A stretch of DNA of 64,000 bases, from positions 2,803,370-2,867,369 of the forward strand of contig MU057744.1 of assembly GCA_013265495.1 (NCBI GenBank), given 5' to 3'. Every line of letters starts with the position of its first letter. Within the stretch, counting starts at the first letter, position 1. A program made the position numbers and the translations under genes. This DNA is from Vicugna vicugna. Lineage: Eukaryota. Below, piece by piece: positions 14,012 to 27,240 of this stretch. Under the pieces are notes generated by a model. That model did no database searches. It worked only from the letters and a program-made list of their open reading frames with translations, and had not been told where the DNA came from.

Positions 14012-14919
14012 AACCCGTGAACTCAGAAACCAGTGTTTCAGTCTAATTTTGTTCTCTTTTCCAGTCCCAGGATAACTGTGATAAAAACAAAATCACTCAT
14101 ATTTCAAACAGGTGCCTGCCTGCTCTGGGAGCCATAATCTTGATACAAATTTATATGAACAGGGATAGAAAGAGTCAAAGGCTCTTTGAGTGGCTTCACT
14201 TAAGTTTGGATTCTGCCCTGTGCAGTGAGTTTGCCTGCAGGTGCTGACAACTTTGGAGCTGCCTTTCACTTGTAAGAATGAAAAACTTTAAACATTTATT
14301 ATTAATAGATAAATTAACGGGTAACACTGAGAGTTTATGCTGTTTTCTCTCAATGCACCTTGTGTATAAACCTAGACAAGATTGATTCAAATTCCCATCT
14401 ACTGATTGGTGAAAAGTCCAGTCCCTTCCCTCAAATTTCAGTGAAGTAACTGGGCTGGAGGAGAGTAGGCCTCATGTTCTCAAGGCTGCCTCTCACTTTA
14501 AGTCCCCACCTCTGCTGAATTTAGTCACTTCCAGCATCTTACTCATGTGGTGTTTCTACTTCATTCAGTGCTTTCTGTGAGCTCTGTAGACCCAGAGCCA
14601 CACAGCCCAGTTCCTTAATGTCCTCCCAGAACTTGTACAGAGATTTCACTGAGGGCATCGGGGAGATACAGACACAAATCAGAAAGAAAGTAAGCAATAG
14701 GTATGCCTGTTTCTTAAGAGCAATAAAAAATGTTAAGTCTGCTCTCAGTAATTCTACAGTAGTGCCACGTTTCCCTTCTGCTCTGATTCCATTAGCCAAA
14801 CCAAGTCGCACGGTCAGTCTTTGTGTCGCGGGGGCAGAAATGGGTTCTCCTTGAAGAGAGCACAGCCAGTCACTTGGTGATGGGAAAGGACGGAGGCCTC
14901 TCACAGTTGCTGAGCTGGT

Positions 14920-15865
14920 CATGTGCATCCTGGGGGAAGAGCATTCCGGAAGACGGGGAGCAAGAAGAATGTCTTTGAAGCAAGAGTGTGCTTGATACAT
15001 TTGAGAGAAATCTCAAGACAGGTGTCTACACCGAAGTAATAAGAGAAAAATGGGGAAAATGAGGTCAGAGAAGTAGTGAGGATTATGTAGGCGACAGTAA
15101 AGACTTAAAATAGCATTCTAAATGTCATGTTACAGAAGGCCATCAAAGGGTTTGAAAAGAGTGGCATGATCTGATTCATATTTTCGAAGAATCATGCTGG
15201 CTTCCACGTGGAGAACTGACGCTGGTGCTCCGCAGGAGAAGCAGGTGAACCAGTGAGGAGGCTTTGCAGCGGCTCAGGTGCGGAGGGGAGCGGCACTGCC
15301 ACTGGGGACCCTGCTGTGGCAGAGAGGGTGGGGTGTGTGTGAAGTGGTGTTTGTGTGACATATTTAATGGAAGTATCTGAAACCCTGTTTGATTCCAGCT
15401 GAAGATGCCCAGTATGTAGTAGGGCATAGGGTTTAAACTCGAGAGAGATGCCTGAAGGACACAAAATTGGGGCACGCTGGAGAGTGGGTGGCAGTGAGGT
15501 CGCGGGATGGGCGAGGCTGCACAGTCGGCCTGGGTAAGAAGTCTAGTGCCCGATCCCAGGGCCACTAGAACAGCATCAGGACGGGGCCGCATCCACAAAG
15601 GAGGTGAAGAGGGCCAGCCAGTGAGTTGAAAGAGACCCAGAGAAGTGGTCAGCCTGAAATAAAACGTCTCAAGAAAGACAGCAGTGTTTACACACGCTCC
15701 TGAGAGACCGAGCGAGACAGAAGCTTGCAGTTGCGTATTGTATTTAGAAGTCTGTGACCAAGATGAGAGGGACGGGGTCTCGAAGAAACGATACAGATGA
15801 AGGTCTCATTACAGTCACTTGCGAAGGATTGGAAAGAGAGAGAGCATCGCAGCCAGGTCACTTCT
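14920..15865 (-). mobile_element. LINE-2 fragment
   Basis: Purine-rich L2 antisense motifs 'gggaagagcattccggaag', 'gagtggcatgatctgattcatatttt' and 'aatcatgctggct'. Confidence 0.75.
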
Positions 15866-15871
15866 CTCTGG

Positions 15872-18750
15872 TTTTATTGGAATGCAATTGATACACAGCA
15901 CCACATGAGATTAAGGTGCACAGAGTAATGACTGACTTACATCTGTTTTGGAATGTTACCCCAGTAAGTCTAGTTTAACATAGATACAAAAAAAGGAAAA
16001 CATGCCCTGTCGTCTGATGAGACCTCAGGATCCGCTCTTCACAATGTCGGGCGTGCCGCAGGGCAGCGTCCCCGGAGCCCCGCGCTGCGCGTCCCGCCCC
16101 AGCCTGGCCGAGTGGGTGGCCTGCAGCCCCCCGGCCCGGGGGCGACGGCGCCTCTCGGCTACGAGCCCGTCTTGGTTCGTGCTTGTCTGGGTCCCACGGG
16201 TGAGGGGCGGCCACGCGCTGCGTCTCTTTGGCCCCCTCACTGCCCTCAGCGCGGAGCCCTCGGGGCGCGTCCACGCCGCGGCAAACGGCAGGGCTTCTTC
16301 GCGGCGAAGTCACGCTCCGTTGTCCGCCCGTCCCGCGGGCTCGTCACCCGGGCGCGTGGCCTGCGCGGCGGAGGCGCGGGGGCAGGTGGGTCTCGTCTCC
16401 TTCCCTTGTGTTCCCAGAGGCGGCCCGGGGCAGCTCGGGGGCTCCGGTCTCCGTCCTGGGGGAGCCCCAGGCTGTTGTCCGCAGTGGCTGCAGCCGCCCG
16501 CGGTCGTGCGCGCGGGCCCCTCCGCCCTGAATTCTCGGCGCGCTTGTCGGCGCTGGCGCTTGGCCGGCAGCCGCGCTAACGGGCAGGCCTGAGATCCCAC
16601 CGTGGTTCTGATGTGCGTTTCCGTGATGATGAGGGTGCTGAGCATCTTTCGCGTATTTGTTGACCGTTTAGAGGTCTTCTTGGAAAAATGGCTATTCAGT
16701 TCCTCTGCTCATAACGATGAGCAAGAAACATAAATATACATCATCAGATTGTCTGCTTTTGGGCTGTGTGAGTTCTCTGTGTGTTTTGGATATTGACTAC
16801 TTATCAGAAATAGGATTTGCAAAGATTTATTTTTCCAATTTGGCATGTTATCTTTTCATTTTGTTGATTGTTTCCTTTGCTATGCAGAAACTTTTTAGTT
16901 TGATGACATGTTTATTTTTTATTTTGTTGCCTGTGCTTTAGGTGTGATGTCCAAAAAAATCATTGCCAAGACCCATGTCAGGAAGCTTTTTTCCTATTTT
17001 TATTTTAGGAGTTTTATGGTTTCTGGGCTTACATTGAAGTCTTTGATTCATTTCAAGTTAATTTTTGAGGGTAGTGTAAGATAGGAGACTAGTGTCATTC
17101 TTTTATGTATGCATATCCAAATTTTTCACCCTCATTTAGTGGACAGCCTTTCCTCCGCTGAGTGTTCTTGGCTCCCTTGTCAGATATACCTGACCATATA
17201 GGCACAGGTGGACTTCTGGCCTCTAGATTCTGCTCCGTGTCTGGCCTGTGTGTCTGCTCCTATGCCACTGCTGGATGCAGATGATTCTACATCCTTGTAA
17301 CACAGCTTGAAATCAGGAACTGTAATGCTTCTTGCTTTCTTGTTCTTCCTCAGGGTTGCTTTTGTGGGTCTATATAAATTTAAGCATTTTTTTTCTACTT
17401 CTGTAAAAAACAATGCCATTGGATTCTTGATAATGATTGCATTGAATCTGTAAATGGTTTTGGGTAGTGTGGACATTTTAATTCTTCCTAACTTTTCCAT
17501 TTACTTCTGTCTTCTTCAACTTCTCTCATCAATTTTATAGTTTTCAGTGTAGATGCCTTTCACCTCCTTGGTTAAATTTATTCCTAAGTATTTTATTGTT
17601 TTTGATGATATTGCACATAGGGTAATTTTCTTTATTTCTTTTTCAAGTAATTCACTGTTAGTGTTTAGAAATTCTACTGGTTTTGCATGTTAGCTTTATA
17701 TCCTACAGCTTTTCTAAACTGATTGGTTGGATCTGGGTCTTTGGTGGGCTCTTCAGGATTCTGTGTGTGAAATCGTGTCGTCTGCCAGTGTGACAGGTTT
17801 CCTTCTCCCTCTCCTGTTCTGATGCTCTGCATCTCTCTCTCGGCCTGATGCTCTGACTCAGACCTCCAGTGCTGTGTTGGATGGGAGCGGTGAGCGTGGG
17901 AATTCCCGATCTCAGAGGAAAAGCTGTTAACCTGTCACCACTGAGAGAGACGTTAGCTGTGGGCTCCTCACATATGGCCTTTGATGTGTTGAGATATGTT
18001 CCTTCTGCTGCTAATTTGTTAAGAATTTTTAACTTCAATGGATGTTGAGTTCTGTTAAATGCTTTTTCTGCATCTATTAAGATGATCACATGATATTTTA
18101 TTTTATCATTCCTTTGATGTAACGTGTCACATTTATTGACGTGCTTATGTGAACCATCCTTGCATTCCGAGGATAAATCCCACTTGATCGTGATGAACCA
18201 TCCTTTTAATACGCTGCTGAATTCAGTTTGCTGTGGCTTTGTGGAGGAGTTTTGCATCTGTGTTCATCAAGGGTACTGGCCTGTAGTCTTCTTCCCTTGT
18301 GGTGTCCTTTCATGGCTCTGGTACCAGGGTAATGCTGGCTCCATAAAACGAGCTTGGGAGTGATCCCTCCTCTTACCTTTTTGGAATATTTTGAGAAGAA
18401 CTGGTATGAATTTTTCTTTAAATATTTGGTAAAATTTGTTCCTGAGATTTTTTTCCACTGGCAGATTTTTGATTACTGAGTCAGTTTCCTTACTAGTAAC
18501 TGATTTGTTCAGATTTTCTGTTTGTTTCGGATTCTGTCTCGGTGGTTGTATGTTTCAAGAACTGGCCATTTCATCTAGGTTGTTGAGTGTGTTGGCCCAT
18601 GGCAGTTTATTATGATCCTTTTATTTCTGTGTCATCAGTTGTAATGTGTCCCCTTTCATTTATAGTTTTGTTGATTAGGGGTCTCTCCTTTTTCCTTCAG
18701 TTGGTCTAGCTAAAGGTTATCTCTCCAAAGAACCAACTCTTATTTTTGTC
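15872..18750 (-). mobile_element. Older LINE-1 (L1MA9-like) 3' UTR and decayed ORF2, with a GC-rewritten segment at ~16030-16680
   Basis: ORFs 17180-17500 ('IKMSTLPKTIYRFNAI'), 17703-18257 ('IILIDAEKAFNRTQHP') and 18267-18458 ('FYQIFKEKFIPVLLKIFQK') are L1 ORF2 reverse-transcriptase-region remnants. Confidence 0.9.
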
Positions 18751-19099
18751 AAAAGCCAAATCATTTGTAAAGGTCATTTGTTTTAAAGGAGAGAAGACAC
18801 TAGGTGTGTAGGCAGCATGCCAGGAGTTTCAGGTTTTGTCTGACTTTGTTTTTATTCTAGAGATATCACAGTTTTGAATTTGCTCATCACTGGCTGATCC
18901 AGGTTCTTAGTATGAAAGCACACACACACACTCAGAGTCATAAATATTTGGGCGCTGTGCAATTTCTGTTGCCTGCTTTGTCCAGTCTATTCTGCACTTC
19001 GTTTCTTGTATGATTTGTTCTGTGACTGAGCAGAATTAATTAAGAAGTCAGGCTAAGGAGACAGCTGAGGTCTGAGGAGCGTAGGCAGTGAGGAAGCAG

Positions 19100-22000
19100 T
19101 AGTTCACGCATGTTGATTTTATAGTCATTACTATTATTAATTTCTGTTTTGGCCTTTTTTGGTTCAGCCTCACTATGTTATCAACTTACTAATATTTTCA
19201 AAAAATCAACTTCTGGCTTTGTTAATTGTAACTACTACTTACTCAACTCCAGTGTTTTCTTATTTTTATCATTTCCTCTATCTGCTCTCTTTTACCTTAA
19301 TTTTCTACTCTTTTTCAAACTTCTTGATTGAAACCTTTCTTCATTTTAATACATACATATAAAGTTATATTTTTTTTACAAAACTCTGATTTTGATGTAT
19401 TCCACAAATCTTGTTGTATTTTATTTCCATTTCCATTCATATTAAAATATTTTATGATCACTTGAAATTTCCTCCTTTGTCTGTGGGTTTCTAAAATTTA
19501 TGCTTTTTAAATTCTCCAATATTTGGGATTTTCCAGGTGTGTTATTATTATCACTGTCTAATTTAATTTTGCTGTGATGAGACAACATATTTTAAGAATT
19601 CAGCATTTGATGTACTCCTCTGTTTTCTCTTAGAGTCTTATAGTTTCACCTCTCACATTTAGTTTTTTATCTATTTTGAGTTAATTTTTTTATGTTGTAA
19701 GAAAGGGATCCAATTTTATTATTTTCATAGATAGAGAACTTTCCCAGCATCATTTGTTGCAAAGACTATTTTTTACATTAAATGTTTATCAAAAATCAAT
19801 TGACCACGAATATGTGTTAGTTTAAATACTATTTTATTAATCTATATTTGTGTCCTCATTTCAGTAATTCACTGCCTTGGTTACTGATTACCATAGCATT
19901 TTAGTAAGTTTTGCTATCAGGATGTTTGAGTCTTTCCAACATTATTCTTCCTTTTCAAGATTATTATGGCTATTTTGAATCCCTTGCATTTTTTGAAAAG
20001 GATTGTGTTGAATCTACAGACTAATTAGGGGAACAATATCATGCTAGCAATATTAAGTTATCCCTGGCCATGAATATGGAATGTCTTCCATTTATTCTGA
20101 CCGTAAATATTTACTTATTCCATTTATTTTGAGATATTCCAGCTCTCTTTTGGTTACAGTTTATATACAGTTCATAGTATGTATTTTAACTTTCATTCTA
20201 CTTTTAATCATCCTGCATCTTTAAGCCTAAAGTGTATCTCTTACGTACAGCACGCACATCTTGCATCCACTCTTCCAGTCTTTGTTTTTCACTGGAACGC
20301 TTGATCCATTTACTTGTATTGCCGTGACTTATAAGACAGAATTTGTATCTGCTGTTTTTGCTATTTGTTTACTATAAACCTTATATATACCATATTTTTT
20401 GTCCCTCTTCTTCCATTACTTACTTATTTCGTAACTAAATATTTTTTAGTTTACCGTTTTAATTCCCTGTGTTTCTTTACTGACTTTTTTAAACTTACAT
20501 TTTTAGTAACTTACTCGGGGATTATAATTAAACCTTGGTTTACAGTCTATTTCACATTAATACCAAGTTAATTTCAATGATTTTAAAAGATTTCCTCCAA
20601 TATAGCTCTGGTTCCTTCTCCTCCTTTGAGCTGTTGTTTTCATTTACATTATGTGCTTATACTTTATAAGCCCACTGTCCTCAAGTCAAGTAAAAGAGGA
20701 GAGGTGTTACACTGAGAAATGCATTGATACTGTGTGTGATGTTTACCCACGTGGTTCCCTTCACCAGTGTTCATTATTTCTTTGCGGAGATTTGAGTTAC
20801 TGTCAAGGGTTTTCCGCTTCAGGCTGAAAAGCTCCCTTTGGTATTTCTGGTTGGGTTGCTCACCTAGCAACAGATTCTCTTTTTTTCTTTACCTGTGAAT
20901 GTCTTAATTTTCCTCATTTTTGGAAGAAAGTTTTTCTCGATATAGAATTCTTATTAGCAGCCTCTTTCTTTCAGTCCTTTGAATGTGTCACCCCACTGCC
21001 TGCTGACTCCATGCTTCCTGTGAGAAGTCCTCTGTCCCCGTAGTGAGGACACACTCCACGGCCCGGTGGCCTCGCTGCTGCTGTTCTCACAATTGTCTCT
21101 CTGTCTTACAGTGGCTTTACTGCGACGTGTCGAGGTGTAGATTTCTCGGACTTAATCTACTCGAATTAATTTATTGAATTTTTTGGTTGATGTTTGTCTT
21201 AAAATTTGGCAGTTATTTTAGCCATTACTTTTAAATATTCTCACTTCTCTTTCTCCTTCTCTTCTGGGACCAACATGATGTATATGTTGGTATGTTTGTT
21301 GGTGACCAGAGGTCTCAGGCTCTGTGCATTCTCCCCCTCCTCCCCCCTCCCCTCCCTCCTCCCTCCCCTCACACCTCAGGCTAGATAATATCATCAGTGT
21401 TACCTTCAATTTCACTATTTTTTTCTTCTGTCTCTCAAATATGCTTTTGATCTCTTCTAGAAAATTTTTCATTTCAATTATTTTATTTTTAAAATCCAGA
21501 ATTTCCACTTGGTTCTTTTAAAAAAAATAATGCCTATCTCTTTGTCAACATTCTCTATTTAATGAGGTATTACTTATATTTCTCCTTCGTTCTTAAGATA
21601 CAGTTTACTTTTTTTTCCAGATATTTCAGATACTCCAATAGCTGACTGAAAGTCTTTGTTTAGTAAGTCTGACTCCTGTGTTTCTCAGGAACAGCTTCTG
21701 TTAAGTGCTTTCTTGCCAGTGCATGTCTGCCATTTTGTTTTCCTTTGTATTTCTCACACATTCTCTCGTGAAAGCTGAGTGTGGTAAACGACAGGGCGTG
21801 ACAGCTCTGGTACGCGACTCTCCCCGTTCCTGCTGCTGCTGTGTTAGTGCCTCTGCCGAGGAAGTCCCTGCGGTCTGTGTTTTTGTCATGTGCTGCCATT
21901 TATATCTTTGCTTGCTTAGCTGAGAACAGGCCGATGGTTAGAGATTTCCCAAAGCAGCTTGACCCAGTAAATCTCCCACTCTTTGGAGAGAGACTCTGTG

Positions 22001-22630
22001 TTGTGCATCATGCACCCAGTGCTCCAAGCTTCCCGCCCTGCCCGAGGCCTCGCTTCCTACTACTGCACAGGTGTCAGGTGCCGGGGCCTTCCTGGGGCTT
22101 CCCTGGGCGTGTGCACAGCCCTCATACGTGCCTGCTCAGCCACGCCCTCAGGGAAATGTCGGAGATGTTCAGAGTCCATGTGAACCTTTCACTCCCCGTG
22201 CTCCTTTCAGTCTTTTGCTGGCCTCTTTTTCGCTCCAGCTGATGTGACCGTGTCGGGCAGCTGCGAGGGTAACCCTTGCTGCTGGTGCTGAGGTGCGCAG
22301 GGTGCGTGTGTGTGTGTGTGTGCTTGCTCATTGCTGCTGCCGCTTAATCCCGGGGAGCGGGGCTCTTCTCGCTGAGCCTCGCACAGGGGTTTGTGCCAGG
22401 CAGGCCGAGGGGGGACTGTTCTCTCAGGACAGGCTTCCTTGGTGAGGCCCATACCCAGCTTGGCTTCTCCAGGGGCTGCGGGAACGCTGGGTTTTACAGC
22501 AGCCGTGGAGCAGGACAAGACAAAATCCAAAAACTCCCTCTTGTTTCTGAGATTCAGCCGGTTTTCTTGAACAGATGCTCGTTTGAGTCTGATTATTGTG
22601 AGTCTCTGGTTAATCTCCGGGGCTCTGACT
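19100..22630 (-). mobile_element. Cluster of ancient L1M fragments (ORF2, ORF1 and 5' parts)
   Basis: T-rich plus strand. ORF 21218-21508 ('EILDFKNKIIEMKNFLEEIKSIFERQK') resembles the L1 ORF1 coiled coil. ORF2-like 'cagcatcatttgttgcaaagacta' occurs at ~19750. Confidence 0.75.
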
Positions 22631-22631
22631 C

Positions 22632-22800
22632 CCGCTGAGCCTGAACAACACGGGCTTGGGGTGCAGGGGCCCACGTCTGTGCGGGCAGTTTGCTATAGTG
22701 AGCGCTGTGGCACTGCGGGGTCCGTGATTGGGCCCACGGCTGCATAGGAGCCACGGACATGGAGGGCTGGGTTAGCCCCGCGCTAGTCGCGGCGCAACTG
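22632..22800 (+). mobile_element. Tigger2-derived MITE, strongly GC-shifted
   Basis: The ends 'ccgctgagcctgaacaacacggg' and 'gcgctagtcgcggcgcaactg' correspond to the Tigger2 TIRs cagttgacccttgaacaac and gttgttcaagggtcaactg. Confidence 0.65.
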
Positions 22801-22899
22801 CGTGTGTTCTGGCCGGTTTCGTTGTGTGTACTGCGTAGCAGATTTTATTCCAGACACGCTGCTCCTTGATAATTTAATCTTACATTCACTGCATATAGC

Positions 22900-24240
22900 T
22901 AAGCTTTACACATTCCTGTTTAGTTTGAATGTTTGATATATGTGAACTAATGTCTATCATATTTTTATTCTGATTTTTTAGTTAATTCACCTTTTCTGTT
23001 TTCTGCTGATCTAAGTGTTTTGTGTGTGCATATGTACCGGAGTAAAATCTTTACATTTTTTAGTTTTTAAGTAGTTACCTTAAATATTTTAATATGTTCA
23101 TTTGACTCTGCTGAGTGTATTATCCGTCACGACTCCCAGCTTTGCCCAGATAGCAGCGGGTCCCAGGATGCTGCATCCTGACTCCCCAGCTGCCGTTTTC
23201 CCGTCATTCTCATCTCACGCTGTGCTAATCCTCGTGGTTATTCATCTTCCAGAATAGTTGCTACTGGCGTTGTTCTCTTGAGTCACTGGTAATTTAATTT
23301 TATACTTAATGACTAGTTTCTTAATGCATAATTTTTAATTTTAATCAAAAAGGATGAGGTGGATTTCCATTCTTCTCTCTGAAGTGCGGTACATTTCAGT
23401 ACTTGTTTTGGTGAGTATCGCGTTGGCAAGGTCTGTCACTGTTGTGTGTGAGGTTTTCTTCCGCCACGCACGGTGGTTGTGGAATTAGGCCTCAGCTAGA
23501 CCTGAGCGGGCCTTGCTGTCCTCAGCACGGCGGGGACCATGTTCTGGTGGCCCCTGTCTTGTGTGGCTTTGCTGTGACGTCCAGCTCAGGCTATTGTGAC
23601 TCCTCTGTAGGGGTTTGTCTTTTCTCTCTCGTTGCCTTCCCTGTGTTCTGGGCTTTTTGCAGCATTTCAGCTCCGTCAGAGGGGGGTTTCTCTCTGTTTT
23701 CCCTGGTGTCTCACCGACGTAGTCAGACTTGTGGTTGGTCCTTCAGGAGCTGCTGGCGTTCACTCGCCGCCCGGCTCCTGTGTGTGCCCCTTCCCGCACT
23801 GCGGTCAGACCGCACGTGATCTCTCTGCCTCTGTCTCCACAGAGTACCTGTCTCTTCGTGTCTTTTGACTGAACCGTGGGTAATTTCCTAAAATCCGTCC
23901 TAATGTTTAACGGTTCTGCCCTCGTCCGTGTGTGCGTGGCGTTTAACATGTTCACTAATATTTTACATCAGCTGTTGTGTTTGTTTTTGGCTATAGATGT
24001 TCTAGTTCTATCTCAAACCATGTTATTTTTTGCCAGTAGTGTTTATTTTCCTGTCTTGGATTTTTTATTCTTTGTCTTATATTAACTTCAAGCTTTTAAA
24101 ATACAATTATTACACAGCTGTGTGTCTGTGTGTCGGCCACGCTGGCATTCTCACCGCCGATAGTTCTGTTTTTCTCCTCGTCTACATCATCTCTGGGGAT
24201 TTCCTATCCTTATTTTTGTGGTCATAATTTCCTTAGTGCT
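22900..24240 (-). mobile_element. Very old L1/HAL1-like fragment
   Basis: T-rich sequence with L1 ORF1-antisense-like motifs. Weak match. Confidence 0.45.
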
Positions 24241-25679
24241 TCTGGATGTTTCAAATAGGAGTCTTGGCTGAGTCCATTGACTGGCGTTCACCATGTATTT
24301 TCCCAACATAATTTTTAATGTCAATTATTGCAGCTGTGTGAGGAATGGATTAGATCAAGGTAAAAATAAAATTGGGAGAGATAAATATCATTCTGCAGTA
24401 TGAATTAATGGTTAAATAATTTGTCAAAGTTACATCTTCTCATGCAATTTACATTCAAGGCAGTAAGTTTTTTATCTTCCAAGTTCTCTGGTACTTAATA
24501 TACAAAAAGCAAAGGCATATGTTCCCAGGTCTTAGCCAAGTTTCATAACGGCCAGCTCAGTCACATTTTACCTGTCCTTCTCATTTCCTGGACCGGAGGT
24601 GATGCCTGCTTTGCTGGCAACGTGACGGGTGACAGGATGGACTGGGGGAGCGTGCCCATTATTAAATTAACTCCCCTCAGTAATCAACTGCTGAAAACAC
24701 TCCTGAGAGAGTAGAAGTTGTAAAAGTTGATATGTAGCCAAAAAAAAACCCAAACAAACATAAAGGCCGTTTTTCTAAGAGCTGCTGCTTTGCCAGTAGC
24801 GGTTTAGCAGGACCGTGGGCGAGGGTGCTGTCCGCGTGTCTCCGCGCTGTGGTGGCCTCAGAGCTGCCATTTCTGAAAGCCCTTCCTCTCTGTGCGCCTG
24901 CTACTTCAGAGAGTCATGTGGTTCTTCCCATGTCCCGGCACCGTCTTCTCCTAACAGGGAAGGTCCTTCAAAGACAATGCGAGCCTGCCTCCGTGAGATG
25001 GGGCGCCGGGCTGTGCACTTGTCTTTCTGTGGCGCGGGAGACGGTTCAGGTGAATTCACGCGTAGGTGGGTGGCCCGCTCTGCGTGCATTGTCCCGAGCA
25101 GGGAACCCCAGATCGGTAGCAGTGAGGCCGCGGGACGTCTACTCAGGCGTTTAGCACAGTAAACCCAGTTAAAGGAAAACTTTCGCTACAGGAGATAGAC
25201 GCCGTAGGTCCCTACGTAACTTTCAGCAAACTTACGATTGTCTGTCAGTCCTTCTGAGTATGTCTTATGACTGAGAATAACCATGTGTAACAGAGAGGCA
25301 GTGGTACGGCTCCCATCGATAACAGAGAGGCTCTTACCAAGGAAATTTGGACTAAGCCTTGGTTATAGTAAGTCTAAGGGCTGTGGGCTTATATTTAAGT
25401 TCAGTTAAAAAACTCCACATCTTTTATCTGGGGATTATCAGCTCCTCAAAGAATGATGAAGGTGAATGTTCTCCTGTAACTACAGTATTTGATAGTATAC
25501 TGGAAATAGAAATAAAATTAAATTTTAATAGTAAATAAAATTTAATTTAATTTAAAAATTAAATAAAAAATAAAAATCGGGGCAAAATTCTGTCCAAATC
25601 AATGAAGCTGGTTCCATTTATAAACAGGAGAAAAAGAGGACTCCTGGAGTGTCAGCTCCGTGGCTGAACCTCAAGCTGG

Positions 25680-25888
25680 TGCTGTGGGCTGTCCTTCTGT
25701 GGGTGGATGCTTGGGCCCTCAGAGCTGGCGTGTTGAGGCCTGACTCCCAGCGTGGTGGTGTTTGGAGGGGGAGCCTGTGGGGGGTGCCCGGGTCATCAAG
25801 GTGAAACTCTCCTGCGTGGGCTTCATGCTCTTATAAAACAGGCCCCAGAGAGCCCTGTTCCCCCTTCCAGGATGTGAGGGCACACGGA
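25680..25888 (+). mobile_element. MLT1A-like MaLR LTR fragment
   Basis: 'ggtgtttggagggggagcct', 'gctcttataaaacaggccccagagagc' and 'atgtgagggcaca'. Confidence 0.75.
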
Positions 25889-26644
25889 TTAAACTTTCAG
25901 ACAACTAACTGAAATGAGTGAAAATTCTAGAGTTCGGCCAGGATGCTACTGAGAGAACCAGTACTCAAGGAGAGGGAGGGCTCAGTGTGGGACGGGAGGG
26001 AGCGGGATCAGCACGCGTGGGCTGCTGCCTGTCTGAGCCCCTCGCCCTGGGGTTCCTCCCCCAGATGGCAGGGCGTCGAGCAGTGCTGCTGTGCTGGGAG
26101 GTGGCGGGGGAGTAGAACCAGGGGTTTCACGGGTCAATGTGTGATCCTGGATAGGCGTGGACCTCCTGTTTTGGCTCTTGTTATCAAGAAAATAGGGAGT
26201 TTTACTTTATTCTATTTCTTTAATATTATTGCAAGCAAAATATGGTTCACTCTGCTATAAATGCGTCATTTAATTTATTGCTATTTTTTCCCGTGTCGTC
26301 AGCCGAAGACATATTTCATAACCGTTTCTCCGTTTCCTTTCCAAAGCACTTGATCTGACTGCAACACGATGAGGCAGAACATTTCTCAGTGATCTATGGA
26401 GTCAATCTCGGTATTTTACTTTCATCTTTTATTTTTTCACCTTAATATAAGTAATGATTTTAACGGATTTTTTGTGACTTATAGATCATAAGAAGGATTT
26501 AGCTGAAAGTGCGTTAGATTTTATTATAAAATATCCAAAAGCCAGTTAAAACTCCAGAGTTGGTCACTCATTTACTTGCCGTCTGAGCAGACACTTACTC
26601 ACAGACCCTGCGGTGCCTCAGTGAAGGAGCAGCTGAGGTCCAGC

Positions 26645-27240
26645 AGATTACCACAAAATTAGTGGCTTAAAATAAATGCGTTATTTCACAGTTGCTGAGG
26701 GTCACGAGGGTGGGTTCCAGCGAGGCTGTTCCCAGGCCTGGGGTCCCAGCAGCTGAAGTCCAGGCGTGGGTGGGGGCTGGTCCGCAGCTGGGGCTCAGGG
26801 GCCTCTTCCAGATTCGCCGTGGGCAGCACTCAGTCCCTTGGAATTGCTGGGCTGTGTTTCCATCTTCTTGCTGGTTGTCACTGGGATCGTCCTGAGCTCC
26901 CGGAAGCTTCCCCGGGTCCTGGACATCGGACCCCCTCCTCCCACCACCAGGCAGCTCATTTTTCCAGGCCAGTAGGAGACGTCCTTTCTCGTGGGCTCTC
27001 GCCCTGCAGTCTGCAAAGGAGGTCTTGTGTGATTCAACCCAGTGAGCAGGGGCCGCTCCTCGTCCAGAGGCCCGCCCACCCTGCATGCGGGGAGTTGTCC
27101 TGAGCGTGTGCACCAGGGCCGGGGACCCAAGGGGTCCTCCTGGAGTTCTGTGCTGCGTCTGCTCTCAGACGCCTTTCCCAGCAGGCAGGCAGGACGTGTT
27201 CCCAAACAACTGTGATGCCGGACCCAACCCGCCACTGACA
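26645..27240 (-). mobile_element. MLT1D/E-like MaLR LTR
   Basis: Begins 'attaccacaaaattagtggcttaaaataaatgcgttatttcacagtt', the typical antisense MLT1 3' end. Confidence 0.75.

Noticed and set aside
16002..16592. 196-aa ORF and overlapping ORFs
   Set aside because: They arise from stop-codon depletion in the GC-rewritten L1 sequence. The peptides are low complexity with no recognisable domain.
25505..25580. AT-only quasi-palindromic tract
   Set aside because: Low-complexity sequence in which self-complementarity is expected by chance.
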